A stretch of DNA of 40,611 nucleotides from an uncultured Clostridia bacterium. Its GTDB lineage: Bacteria; Bacillota; Clostridia; Christensenellales; CAG-1252. Of this stretch, positions 27,896-37,721 are shown piece after piece; within the stretch, counting starts at the first letter, position 1, and each line of letters opens with the position of its first letter. The notes under the pieces are model-generated. The model worked only from the letters and a program-made list of their open reading frames with translations. It was not told the DNA's origin and searched no databases. Both the position numbers and the translations under genes were made by a program. The stretch covers positions 1 through 40,611 of the forward strand of contig CAMPCZ010000002.1 of assembly GCA_946648015.1 (NCBI GenBank). Direction: 5' to 3'.

Positions 27896-30220
27896 ATGAA
27901 AAAAATCATTAGTATCCTTTTGATCGCCATACTGTGCGTAGCCCTATTTGCGGCTTGCACCCAATCCCCCGCGGAGCAAAAGCCCGAGGATCAAACTCCC
28001 GCGGACAGCACGCCGCAGGAGCCACCCCTCACCCTTAGTGCGCCCACCGGCTTGCAGATGAGCGAGGACGGCCTTATTACCTGGAACGCTGTCGACGGTG
28101 CCACGGGCTACGTCGTTACCATAGCGGGTAGCCAATACACCACGGCGGAAGCGCGCTTTCAAGTGACCGCCCTCAACGAAAATTTCGACTACAGCGTGGT
28201 AGCCACCGCGGGCGACGTGCGTTCGGCGTCTTCTGCCGTCAATCACTACGTCGCGCCCATCATCACGCCTCCCGTGCCTCCCGTCAGCACCAAAACCGTG
28301 GCCATTTCGGGCGGAGCGGAGGTAAAGAGCGGCGGCACGTTGCCGTTGAGCGCCCTTATTACGGGCACCGAAATCAAAGCAGTCAGCTGGGAGATAACGG
28401 CCGGCGAAGACTACGCCACCGTGGACGAGTTGGGCGTGGTGCACGCCGCCGAGGTAACGGAGGATCGCCGTATTACCGTGCGCGTTTCGCTGGATGAGGA
28501 CGAGAGCGTGTTTGCCGAAAAGACCATATCCGTTGTGGCGCGCAGCGTGTTGACGCAAGCCATGCTCGACGAGTTGGCGGCCGAAACGCGCCTGTCCTTC
28601 GAGGGATATATCAGCATCGACCTCTACGATATGGGGCCCTATCCCAAATTGCAACGCAACGTTATGACCAACGTCGCCACCGCTATGGACGGCACGCATT
28701 GGTACACTAACTACGAGTCGGGCGACGGCATACCCATGTCCTTGTACTATGCCAATCACGAGGGCGTGGCGTGCCAAGTCGGCCTTAGCTTCTACAACGA
28801 CGAGATCTACGTGCCCATGCAAAACGACGACGGCAGCGTGGTCAGCTGGAAAGATAGCGGTATGTACAACAACTTTGCGGGGCTAAGCGTAGAGGACTTC
28901 ACCTTCGACGAGGACGAGTGGCGCTGGATGTATACGGGTGCCGACAGCACTTTGCTCACGCGTATGATCGCCTCCGCCAACCCCTACGACTTCGTGCCCC
29001 TCAACTTGGGGCTTATCATCGAGGACGGCGAGTTGATGGGCATCTATTCGGCGGCTGCCGACAGCTATTCGCTGGTGGCGGGCTACACGGCCAAGCAATA
29101 CCTGTATGCCAGTATCAACGTGGGCGACGTGGTAGAGGTGCCCACCGTGGCCAAGTATGACCACGAGGCCGTGCACGACGACCTAAGTGCCGCCATCGCC
29201 AATATGCAGGCGCTGTCCAGTTACAAGGTGGACTTCGTCAAGATGGAATATTCCATCTACACCGCGTCTATGATGATAGACGGCTTTACCGAGTATATCA
29301 CCGACGGGCTCAACTACTTTGTGCCCTTCGTCAAATCGGCCTACCTGGCCGACCCCACCTACGACTACGCGGCGGCCTATGGCTACAAGCGCATAACGGA
29401 CGACCTCTACAACGGGTTCTACCGCGACGGCAACGCCTATTTTGCCAGCCGTGCCTACGAGCGCGACTTTGCCGCGGCTTCGCCCTCGTGGGGATTTGCG
29501 GCCGAGATATTCCGCAAAGTCGAGACCGATACCGAGGGTACCAAAACCTACTATGTAGATCAGATCATGTGCCCCGTAGCTTCCACGTTCTACTATGGCT
29601 TGGGCAACGATATCGCCCTCTATGGCATCTATGCCGCCGAGGGTAATACGGGCAGCCGCTCCTTTACGCCCTACGTCACCGTCAAGGACGGTTACATCGT
29701 CGCGGCCGGCTTCTACTACTACTTGGGCTATATGTACGGCGTGGTGGAGTTGACCTATAGTGATTTCAACGCGACCGAGCTGCCCCAATCGGTGGGCACG
29801 GTGGACTTTGCGGTGCGCCAAGTGCCCCAATCGTGGAGCGAATTGAGTATGTACGGCGAGGACGCCGAGGGTAACGAGATCGAGACGAATTGCGCCGACT
29901 ATATCGAGGGCAAATTCGGGGAGAAGACGGTGCCTTTCTTCGGCGCCGCGTTGGGCGACACCTACGGCTTTGCCATGAATCAGGTGTACATCACCGGCGC
30001 AGGCCAATCGGTGCCCGCTATGCTCATCTACTACGACGTACCCCTCGACACCGACTACAGCATCAACAGTTCGCTTGCGGCCATTGCCGATCAACTGCTC
30101 AGCTTGGGCTTTGTCAAAAACGCCTATGGCGAATACGAAAAGGACGGCTTGTCCGTGATAGCCGTCGACAACAACCTCGACTTGCACGTGTACGTATGGA
30201 ATACGCGCGCCAATCAATAA
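27896..30220 (+). CDS. Lipoprotein with Fn3-like and Big_2-like N-terminal domains and a large uncharacterised body, 774 aa
   Basis: SD AAGGAGAA. Signal peptide MKKIISILLIAILCVALFAAC. Fn3-like PTGLQMSEDGLITWNAVDGATGYVVTIAG. Big_2-like VAISGGAEVKSGGTLPLSALI...VSWEITAGEDYATVDELGVVHA. Confidence 0.8.
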   Translation: MKKIISILLIAILCVALFAACTQSPAEQKPEDQTPADSTPQEPPLTLSAPTGLQMSEDGLITWNAVDGATGYVVTIAGSQYTTAEARFQVTALNENFDYSVVATAGDVRSASSAVNHYVAPIITPPVPPVSTKTVAISGGAEVKSGGTLPLSALITGTEIKAVSWEITAGEDYATVDELGVVHAAEVTEDRRITVRVSLDEDESVFAEKTISVVARSVLTQAMLDELAAETRLSFEGYISIDLYDMGPYPKLQRNVMTNVATAMDGTHWYTNYESGDGIPMSLYYANHEGVACQVGLSFYNDEIYVPMQNDDGSVVSWKDSGMYNNFAGLSVEDFTFDEDEWRWMYTGADSTLLTRMIASANPYDFVPLNLGLIIEDGELMGIYSAAADSYSLVAGYTAKQYLYASINVGDVVEVPTVAKYDHEAVHDDLSAAIANMQALSSYKVDFVKMEYSIYTASMMIDGFTEYITDGLNYFVPFVKSAYLADPTYDYAAAYGYKRITDDLYNGFYRDGNAYFASRAYERDFAAASPSWGFAAEIFRKVETDTEGTKTYYVDQIMCPVASTFYYGLGNDIALYGIYAAEGNTGSRSFTPYVTVKDGYIVAAGFYYYLGYMYGVVELTYSDFNATELPQSVGTVDFAVRQVPQSWSELSMYGEDAEGNEIETNCADYIEGKFGEKTVPFFGAALGDTYGFAMNQVYITGAGQSVPAMLIYYDVPLDTDYSINSSLAAIADQLLSLGFVKNAYGEYEKDGLSVIAVDNNLDLHVYVWNTRANQ

Positions 30221-30251
30221 ACAACGGCAACTTTGCCGAAGGAGGAAAACA

Positions 30252-32867
30252 ATGAACAAAGGTTTGATAAAAAAGATACTGCTCGTGTTGGTAGTAGTCG
30301 TGTTGTGCGCCACGCTGTTTGCGTTGGCGGCCTGCGGCGACAAGGACAAAAACAACACCCAACCCACCGAGCAAGGCGACAACGAGGGCGGCAACACCCA
30401 ACCTGCCGAGCAAGGCGGGACTGAGGGTGGCAATACCGATCCCGGCAAAACCGAGCCTACGCCCGCAGTGCCCGTGGTGGTCAACGTCGCTCTTTCTTGC
30501 GACGCCACTTTGCGCCCCGACACCAACTACTATGCCATTGAGGAAGGGCAAAACGTTACCCTTACCGTGCTCGTTACGGCGACCGGCACCGAGGACTTGG
30601 GCTACACCTTGTCCATCAACAGCAAGGGCGCGGCTTATGCGCAGATCGAGGGCAACGTGTTGTCCCTCAAAGAAGTGCCCCAAGTGGACAAGATCTTTAC
30701 GGTGACTGCCACCTCTACTGCCGACGTCAACAAGTCGGCGGCGCTCAGCTTCTACTACAAGGCTCCCGTCGTATCGGGCGAAGTAGGCGAGTTGACGACC
30801 GAAATGTTCGAGGCGTTGGGCGACCAATCCATCACCGTGTATGCGACTGTTACCGACATCGTCAAGAGCGTGAAAACGGGCGCCACCAACAGCAGTCGCA
30901 GCTACGAGTCCGTGGTCAAAATGCAGGACGGACGTTGGCAAGGACAATGGCGCGCCAAGGTCGTGGGTGATAACAACAACCCTTGGACCAGCGACCTCTA
31001 CGTGCGCGGCACCGAAATGGTGACGGTAGGCGGCGAGACCGACTATCCCTTGCAACGTATGTATATCGACAAGGACAACCACGTTACCACCAAAAACGTG
31101 ACCGACTATATGTCCACCCCCACCTTGTGGCGCAACCAACATTTGTGGAACCACTTGGCGCAGCTTGGCAATGACGTCGCCAACAAATTCGTCTACGACG
31201 CCGAGTTGGAAGTGTACAAATTCGTGTTGACCGAGTTGCCCGACTATTACACCGAAGCCGAGCAGGAGGCGTATATGGAAGAGCAATATTTGCTGACCTA
31301 TTTCGCCTATTCGTTGACGGCCATGATGGACGAAACCTTTGCTTCTATCTACGTCACCGTAGCGGACGGCAAAATCGTCAAGATCGAGGCGCAAACCGAA
31401 GTCGTGTATGACGCCGAGGACATCGAGGAAGCCACCGAGCTGGGTTATAGCACCGTGACGTTTACCTTCGGCGACATTGGCACCACCGTGGTGCAAGACC
31501 CCGCGCCCTACACCATCGCCGACGACGAGGCGACGTACTTCGCCAAGTTGACGACCGCGCTCGAGGCGATGCGCTCCGCTTCCAACTTTACGATGAACGT
31601 GGCCGAGATCACCACGCGCGCTCCCGCTTTGGACGCCGACGACTACAGCTACGAGAGCGCTCAAGGCACTGTGTATGCCCAAGATATCTCGGGTCGCAAC
31701 GAGCAATCCGCCTCCGGTCAGGTCGGCGAAGTGTATCGTGTAACCGAGGACGCCATTCTCATCGCCAAAACGGGCGAGTACTCCTACTATATGGACGAGA
31801 ACGACCGCTACTTTACCTCGTATTCGGGCTACAAACAGACCGGCGAAAACACCTACGACTACTTCGAGTACGTGTACACCAGCAAAACGGGCGAGACCGT
31901 CAATGCCTTGGCCGGTTTGCACAAATATACGGGCTCCGTGTTGGATAGACTGCCCAAATTCGACTTTGCCATCGAGTTGTTTGAGTTTGGCGGTTCTGCC
32001 AAACCGAACGGCGTGTGGCAATACACCTTTAATTTGCGCGAGTCTTCGGTAGCGCGCGAGATCGCCATGCAGATCAGCACGCACTCCGACGCCCGCTCGG
32101 CCGAAATAGCCGCCAACGTCCCCCTGTCCATCGTGGTGGACGACAACGGCAAGATCGTGTCGACGACCTTCCCCTACAATATTTCGAGCGGTATGTACGT
32201 GGGCTATTGCGTCACCACCTACAAGAATATCGGCACCACCACCATGCCCGAGGGCATCTTCGACAACTACGTCGAGCGTGTGGTACCCACCACTTGGGCC
32301 GAATTCAGCGTGATGTATCTCGACCTCATCGAGAGCTGCGCCGCCGCCAACAAAGCGGCTCGCGAAGCCAACCCCGACGTCGGCTACGACAGCGTCTACA
32401 AGCGCAACGATTCTATGGAAAAGGCTCTCGCCTTGTTCTATTCCGACCAAGAAGTGGCCGCGTTGCCCGACCCCGCGTTGTTCTTCGCCATCTTCGGCGA
32501 CTACTACAACGGCCCCTTTGCCGATGAGTACGTCAAGGATTTCGACGCCGAGGGCAATCGCATCTACCAAGGCTACGTGCATCTCAGCTTTGTCAGCGAG
32601 CAATGCGACGAGAATATGCACATCACCAACTACGCCGAGTTGATAGAGGCGTTGGACGACGCTTTTGCCAAGGCCGGCTGGACCAAAGTGTTGGCCGATT
32701 GCGGCACTACTGCCAACGACAAATACGTGGCTTACCTCAGCGCCGACGGCAGCATCGAGATCGTCATCGACAACTATTCCAATACCCGCTTTTTGGACGT
32801 TTATCTCTATCACGCCGGTGATTGGAGCTTGGCCACCGGCTTGCGCTCGGCTCGTTCCGCCGACTAA
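30252..32867 (+). CDS. Lipoprotein with a Big_2-like N-terminal domain, distant paralogue of the 774-aa lipoprotein, 871 aa
   Basis: SD GGAGGA. Signal peptide MNKGLIKKILLVLVVVVLCATLFALAAC followed by a G/N/T/E-rich linker. Big_2-like NVTLTVLVTATG...IFTVTATSTADVNKSAAL. The body aligns by eye with the 27896 gene product. Confidence 0.8.
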   Translation: MNKGLIKKILLVLVVVVLCATLFALAACGDKDKNNTQPTEQGDNEGGNTQPAEQGGTEGGNTDPGKTEPTPAVPVVVNVALSCDATLRPDTNYYAIEEGQNVTLTVLVTATGTEDLGYTLSINSKGAAYAQIEGNVLSLKEVPQVDKIFTVTATSTADVNKSAALSFYYKAPVVSGEVGELTTEMFEALGDQSITVYATVTDIVKSVKTGATNSSRSYESVVKMQDGRWQGQWRAKVVGDNNNPWTSDLYVRGTEMVTVGGETDYPLQRMYIDKDNHVTTKNVTDYMSTPTLWRNQHLWNHLAQLGNDVANKFVYDAELEVYKFVLTELPDYYTEAEQEAYMEEQYLLTYFAYSLTAMMDETFASIYVTVADGKIVKIEAQTEVVYDAEDIEEATELGYSTVTFTFGDIGTTVVQDPAPYTIADDEATYFAKLTTALEAMRSASNFTMNVAEITTRAPALDADDYSYESAQGTVYAQDISGRNEQSASGQVGEVYRVTEDAILIAKTGEYSYYMDENDRYFTSYSGYKQTGENTYDYFEYVYTSKTGETVNALAGLHKYTGSVLDRLPKFDFAIELFEFGGSAKPNGVWQYTFNLRESSVAREIAMQISTHSDARSAEIAANVPLSIVVDDNGKIVSTTFPYNISSGMYVGYCVTTYKNIGTTTMPEGIFDNYVERVVPTTWAEFSVMYLDLIESCAAANKAAREANPDVGYDSVYKRNDSMEKALALFYSDQEVAALPDPALFFAIFGDYYNGPFADEYVKDFDAEGNRIYQGYVHLSFVSEQCDENMHITNYAELIEALDDAFAKAGWTKVLADCGTTANDKYVAYLSADGSIEIVIDNYSNTRFLDVYLYHAGDWSLATGLRSARSAD

Positions 32868-32887
32868 TTCGGATTGAGGAAACATCT

Positions 32888-35800
32888 ATGAAAAAAAGGC
32901 ATTTACTGCTCGCGGTAGTGCTTTGCCTACTTGCGGCGCTGGTGTTGGCTGCGTGCCAACCCGGCGCCACCAACCAGCCGGAAGACTCGTCTTCCGGCGA
33001 TGTTGTTGATGGGCAGCAGCCGGGGCAACCCTCTTTGGAGACGGTAACGGTCGAGGCCGTCGTACCCCGCGTGCAAGTGTCGGTGGGGGAGCTGGCGACC
33101 TACGACTACACGTCTCTTTTTCGCATACAAGAGGGCGACGCCGCCGTGCCCGTAACGGGCGCCATGCTTTCGGGGGCGGCAGGCACGCCGACCCTCGAGT
33201 CGTTTGACGTGCGCTGTACCTATGGCGGCCAAAGCGCCACCGCTACTGTGTCGGTAGGCTACGCCTCCTTGGTGGTGGACGCCGAGGAGGAGCTTACCTT
33301 GTCCATAGACGAGGTAGCCGCCTGCGACTTTGCCGCTCTCTTTGCGATAGAGGCCGACGGCGTATCTATCGCCGTGCCCGCCGCCTTGGTGGACGTCACC
33401 GCCGTAAAAGCAGCGGTGGGCGTCTATCCCGTGAGCCTCACCTACAAGGGACAAACCGCCGTCGTTACCGTGCGCGTGTATCGCCCCGTATTGGTGGAGG
33501 TGCGCGCGGGTGCCGAGCGCATTTCGCTCAAAACCGACGAGGTAGCCTCCTACGACTTTGCCAAAGTGTTTTTGGTGACGGAGGACGGCAAGCGCGTGGC
33601 TTGGGACAAGGTGCAGGTGGACGCCACGGAGGTGCAGGCCGCCGAGGGCGAATATACCGTGCGCTGTAGCTACGCCGACCACAACGCGCAATACGTGGTG
33701 GCGGTGGTAGACCCCCGCTTTCAAGTAAGCGTTGCCAAGGACAGCGTGCGCCTTACCACCAAAGAGGTGGCCTCCTACGACTTTGCCGCCTTGTTTAGCG
33801 TATTGCGCGAGGGCAAGGCTGTGTCGGTAGACCCTCGGTGGGTCGTCAGCGACGTAGAGGCGCAAAAGGGCACCTACACCTATACGGTGTCGGTATTCGG
33901 CGCGTCGGCAAGCGTGGTCGTCAACGTGCAGCCCTACTATGCGTTGGAGTTGGTGGCCAACTATGCGGCGCCCACATTGGCGCTTTCACGGTTGGATACC
34001 TACGATTATACCCGCCTTTTCTCGGTGTTTGTAGAAGGGCAGGCCGTGCCCGTCACGTCCGATATGTTGCGGTACGACTACAGGGGGCTATCCGTCGGCG
34101 ATAGTTTCGACGTTACGCTCAGCTACCAAACCGAAGAGGAAAGTCAAAGCCGAACTTTGTCCGTCGCCATCGTAGACGAGGATAGTTTGGTCGTCCATGC
34201 GCGCGACGTGCAGATCTTTCCCAACGCGCCGCACCTCGACTTTGTAGACCTTTTTAGCATAGAGCAGGGCGGCCGCTCCATAGCGGTGCAACCCCAAATG
34301 ATAGAGGGCGCCGTGGACTATGGCACCGAGGGCGACTATCCCATCACGCTCACCTATATGGACGTACAGGCGGTGGCCACCGTCACCGTGCGCCGCGGCG
34401 TGGTTTTCGACTACCCCCACGGCCAAGTCATCGTTATTCAGCGGGGCACCGACCCCTCTACCTATGCCTTCGAGGAGGACTTTGCGGTGCGCGTCAACGG
34501 CGTGCGCTTTGACAATATCCGCCCCCTTATAGACATAGATGACGTCGATTTCTCGACCGAGGGCGACTACGAGGTTACCCTTACCGTTCCCTACAACAGC
34601 AAGCCCAAAACGGGCCTGTCGGGCAAGGTTACCTTCGACTATTACCAAGCCACCGTCGTGTATCGCGTGCTCACCAATCGCTATGCCGCTACGGTGCGCC
34701 AAGACGTCGTGCGTTTGCCCGTGGGCACCGTCGCCTACGATCCGTTGGCCAACTTGTCCGTATCCGTCAACGATCGTTGGCAGACGTTGACTACCAACCG
34801 CGACTACGTCAACGCCATCACCACCTATTGCGAGGTGGTGCAGGGCGTAGATTTTGCATCGGTAGCCGAGCAGCAGATATCCGTGGACGTGTACGTGCAG
34901 GGTTTGGACAAAGACCCCGTGCGCCTCGTCTACGTGTTGGTCATCGACTCGGCGGTGCGCCTTGCCGCCACCAACGCCACCGTATATAGCGGCGATACCG
35001 TGCATCGCAGAGATCTGTTTGCCATACAGGTAGACGGCGAGCCCGTAGACGTGGAGGAGAGCATGATAGAGGGCGCGATGGATCTGTTTTGCCCCGGCGT
35101 GTACACCCTTACGTTGCGCTACGAGGGCAAATCGGCCGTGGCCACCGTTACCGTGCTGGATAGCAACGTTTTGGGCACCTACCACACCGTGCAAACCACC
35201 ATCGGCGCCGCGGCGACGGTAACTGCCGTCGGCAGTTGGGAAGAGGACGAGTGGGAGGTGTACGACGACGACTACTACGAGGATGAGGACGTGCCTCCCG
35301 TCAGCGTATTGGACGATCTGGTCATTGGGCGCGACGCCATCACGATGGGCGAGCGCACGCTGACCACCGAGGCCGGCGTGGATATGACCTCTATGGTGGT
35401 GGTCATAGGCTCCGAGCGCCATCTTTTGACCTATCGCAACGGCATCGTAACGCTCGATCCCGAAAACCGCTATAAATTGGCCTACCACGCCACCAAGCGC
35501 CCCCTGATGTATTTCAACAGCAAGTTGTGGCGCATCGTAGACGCTTTTACTATCAACAGTTCGTCGTCGGGACACGTGCTTACCGCCACCTATTCGGGCG
35601 TGTACAGCATAGACTGCGCTCAGTTGGAGGACAAAGACGGCAACCGTATATGGTTTGTGCAAAAGACCCTGTTGGAGGAGCGCTCGGGCAGCGACTATAT
35701 CTACGTCAACAGTTGGGGCGAGGCCACGTTTGCGGGCGACTTCGACAAGACCGAGGGCGCCTCGGGTACGCTTGTTTTCGAGGGCGAAAACTACGCTTAC

Positions 35801-37705
35801 GTCGTTACGTCGGGCGTGGGGCTTATCGTCAAAGCGAGCGACTCCAAACAGTGGGCGGGTCGCACCTTTGCGGGTACCGTAGATGGAAAATCGGCCACCC
35901 TTTCCACCGACAATTACGAGCATTATACGTTGCGCATAGGCGGCGAAACCGTTATCGACAAACTCATTTTGAATAGCTACGTCTATGGCGCGGCCGACTA
36001 TGCGGGCGGTACGCTTACCTTGCACCACGCTGCCGACCGCAACGAAAACGCCACCTATTCCTATCGGTTCGAGTTGGATTTGGAGACGGGCACTTTCGCC
36101 TATGTTCAAAGAGACGATCTATTCGGGCGATACGCCGTGGGCAGTTCCATCTTTTTCCTCGACGGATACGGCTCGGGCTACTTCAGTGCCGACACCACCA
36201 AGTACTATTCGACCGAAATCGCCTATACGGCGACGGGTTCCGACGTGGAGATACGCTTCCTCAATACCACATCCGGTTTTGCCTACGGCAAGCGTTTGGT
36301 CTCCTACGTGCACGCTTTTGGCAACGTGCTCACCGTGTGCGAGGCCGACTACGCCCCCTTTGTGGGCACCGTGTGGGAGAATACGGCCGTCGTAGACGGC
36401 GTATTGCTACGCGTCAACAAGTTTACGGTAGGCAAAGCCGCCGCCGCTACGGCGCAAGCCGCGTTCCTTGCCGGTGTGGACGTTGTGTCCCCCTCGGGGG
36501 CTGTCGTCGACGTTGCCGACAAGGCCAACTACTTTGATTTTAGCAAGGTGAATTGGAACTTGGCGGGCTTCTATTTGGTGGAGGCCAAGGTCAACTATGC
36601 GGGCGAAGAGGTGCGCTATCCCTACGCCGTGCAAGTGTTGGAGCCTTTGTACGAGGGCAGCGACGTTGCCGTTTCGTTCGGGGCGGGCGTGCTGACGGGG
36701 TCCAACGGCCTTTTCTTCGACAAATACGGCCAAGTGCTGTTGTCCTCGGGGGACAATAGTTATCAGGGCGTCTATCACCTCACCGACGCGGGCTTTGTGG
36801 GCAAGATCAACACCGCCTCCTCGGGTCTGAGCTTGGTGGGAGAGCGCTTGCCGGGCGAGGCCGTCGTGTACAAAGTGCGTGGCACGGGCGCGTTTTCGTT
36901 CGTGGATTACTACACCACCGCGCACACGGCGGTGGCTGCCGTCGAGGGCGCGTGTTTGCGCCATATAGGCGACCTGTATGTCTTTGCGGTGTCTACGGGC
37001 GGCTTGGGCGAGATCGTACGACCCACCTTGCTCGCCGGCGCCTCCTTGGACGAGGCGGGCGCCATCTTCGACGTGGGCGGCAAGGTCTACAAATTGCTGT
37101 CTTGGGGCGATACCGCCTATGGCTTGGCCATTGCCGACGTCTACCGTGGCGCGTACGCGCTGGAGGGCGCAGACGACTTGGTGTTGGACGGCTTCGGCTA
37201 CGCTACCTTGGGCGATACCAAGGGTCGCTATCGAATGAACGGCCGTATGGTCATCTTTACGGCGGGCGGGCAGAGCACCGTGTACCGCATCAATCCCGAT
37301 ACGCACCAATACGTCGTCAGCGACATACGCCTCGACGAGTCGTTGGTGGCGGGCAAGACCTATGCGGCGCGCTACACCATCACGGGCGCCAGCGCTGCCG
37401 ATACCTATTCGGCCATCGCCACGTTGGAGTTTGGGGCGGGCGGCGTGGTCAACGTCTACTGCACGTCCTCTGCCTACGAGCAGGACACGGGGCGCAACTT
37501 CGAGGCGGTATTTGCCGCGCGCGGCGGTTCTGTGGGCACCTACTCCGTGTCGGGCACCCAGATCACGGTGCGCGTAGAGGGCTACACGTTTGTGCTTGAC
37601 GTGGTCAGTTTGGCCACGCTCAACCAACTGAGTTGCACCACAACCAACGTTTTGTCCTCGGCGTCGGGCTATTTTGCCCCCAATACCGTGTTTGGTTTGC
37701 AATAG
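32888..37705 (+). CDS. Giant lipoprotein with nine tandem Ig-like repeats and a beta-rich C-terminal half, 1605 aa
   Basis: ATG at 32888 with SD GAGGAAA; the upstream in-frame 22 codons in the ORF track overlap the previous gene. Signal peptide MKKRHLLLAVVLCLLAALVLAAC. Repeats carry the motif ...EVASYDFAALF.V..DG..V.V....V......G.Y.V...Y.G..A...V.V. Confidence 0.85.
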   Translation: MKKRHLLLAVVLCLLAALVLAACQPGATNQPEDSSSGDVVDGQQPGQPSLETVTVEAVVPRVQVSVGELATYDYTSLFRIQEGDAAVPVTGAMLSGAAGTPTLESFDVRCTYGGQSATATVSVGYASLVVDAEEELTLSIDEVAACDFAALFAIEADGVSIAVPAALVDVTAVKAAVGVYPVSLTYKGQTAVVTVRVYRPVLVEVRAGAERISLKTDEVASYDFAKVFLVTEDGKRVAWDKVQVDATEVQAAEGEYTVRCSYADHNAQYVVAVVDPRFQVSVAKDSVRLTTKEVASYDFAALFSVLREGKAVSVDPRWVVSDVEAQKGTYTYTVSVFGASASVVVNVQPYYALELVANYAAPTLALSRLDTYDYTRLFSVFVEGQAVPVTSDMLRYDYRGLSVGDSFDVTLSYQTEEESQSRTLSVAIVDEDSLVVHARDVQIFPNAPHLDFVDLFSIEQGGRSIAVQPQMIEGAVDYGTEGDYPITLTYMDVQAVATVTVRRGVVFDYPHGQVIVIQRGTDPSTYAFEEDFAVRVNGVRFDNIRPLIDIDDVDFSTEGDYEVTLTVPYNSKPKTGLSGKVTFDYYQATVVYRVLTNRYAATVRQDVVRLPVGTVAYDPLANLSVSVNDRWQTLTTNRDYVNAITTYCEVVQGVDFASVAEQQISVDVYVQGLDKDPVRLVYVLVIDSAVRLAATNATVYSGDTVHRRDLFAIQVDGEPVDVEESMIEGAMDLFCPGVYTLTLRYEGKSAVATVTVLDSNVLGTYHTVQTTIGAAATVTAVGSWEEDEWEVYDDDYYEDEDVPPVSVLDDLVIGRDAITMGERTLTTEAGVDMTSMVVVIGSERHLLTYRNGIVTLDPENRYKLAYHATKRPLMYFNSKLWRIVDAFTINSSSSGHVLTATYSGVYSIDCAQLEDKDGNRIWFVQKTLLEERSGSDYIYVNSWGEATFAGDFDKTEGASGTLVFEGENYAYVVTSGVGLIVKASDSKQWAGRTFAGTVDGKSATLSTDNYEHYTLRIGGETVIDKLILNSYVYGAADYAGGTLTLHHAADRNENATYSYRFELDLETGTFAYVQRDDLFGRYAVGSSIFFLDGYGSGYFSADTTKYYSTEIAYTATGSDVEIRFLNTTSGFAYGKRLVSYVHAFGNVLTVCEADYAPFVGTVWENTAVVDGVLLRVNKFTVGKAAAATAQAAFLAGVDVVSPSGAVVDVADKANYFDFSKVNWNLAGFYLVEAKVNYAGEEVRYPYAVQVLEPLYEGSDVAVSFGAGVLTGSNGLFFDKYGQVLLSSGDNSYQGVYHLTDAGFVGKINTASSGLSLVGERLPGEAVVYKVRGTGAFSFVDYYTTAHTAVAAVEGACLRHIGDLYVFAVSTGGLGEIVRPTLLAGASLDEAGAIFDVGGKVYKLLSWGDTAYGLAIADVYRGAYALEGADDLVLDGFGYATLGDTKGRYRMNGRMVIFTAGGQSTVYRINPDTHQYVVSDIRLDESLVAGKTYAARYTITGASAADTYSAIATLEFGAGGVVNVYCTSSAYEQDTGRNFEAVFAARGGSVGTYSVSGTQITVRVEGYTFVLDVVSLATLNQLSCTTTNVLSSASGYFAPNTVFGLQ
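33044..35160 (+). repeat. Nine tandem 70-90-aa Ig-like (DUF5011/HYR-like by pattern) coding repeats
   Basis: Repeat cores: ELATYDYTSLFRIQEGD, EVAACDFAALFAIEADG, EVASYDFAKVFLVTEDG, EVASYDFAALFSVLREG, LDTYDYTRLFSVFVEG, PHLDFVDLFSIEQGG, PSTYAFEEDFAVRVNG, a degenerate eighth copy, and VHRRDLFAIQVDG. Each ends in a ...TVTV/VVNV strand. Confidence 0.75.
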
Positions 37706-37721
37706 ACGATTTACGCAAAGG

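Noticed and set aside
30114-32885. 923-aa minus-strand ORF
   Set aside because: It lies antisense to the 871-aa lipoprotein gene, which has an SD and a lipobox. Its composition (G/V/A/H/R-rich, no motifs) is typical of shadow ORFs in high-GC3 genes.
32822-32887. Upstream in-frame extension of the 1605-aa gene (ORF-track start 32822)
   Set aside because: It overlaps the end of the preceding gene and has no SD. The ATG at 32888 has a GAGGAAA SD and starts a canonical lipobox signal peptide.
27896-32900. A7 homopolymer tracts just after the start codons at 27896 and 32888, as possible phase-variation switches
   Set aside because: They simply encode the Lys-rich n-region of the signal peptides (MKK…). 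Seven residues is short for slipped-strand switching.
34088-36109. 673-aa minus-strand ORF (also 32927..33865 and 36407..37963)
   Set aside because: They lie antisense to the 1605-aa lipoprotein gene and have no start context or motifs. 36407..37963 would also run through the operon terminator.
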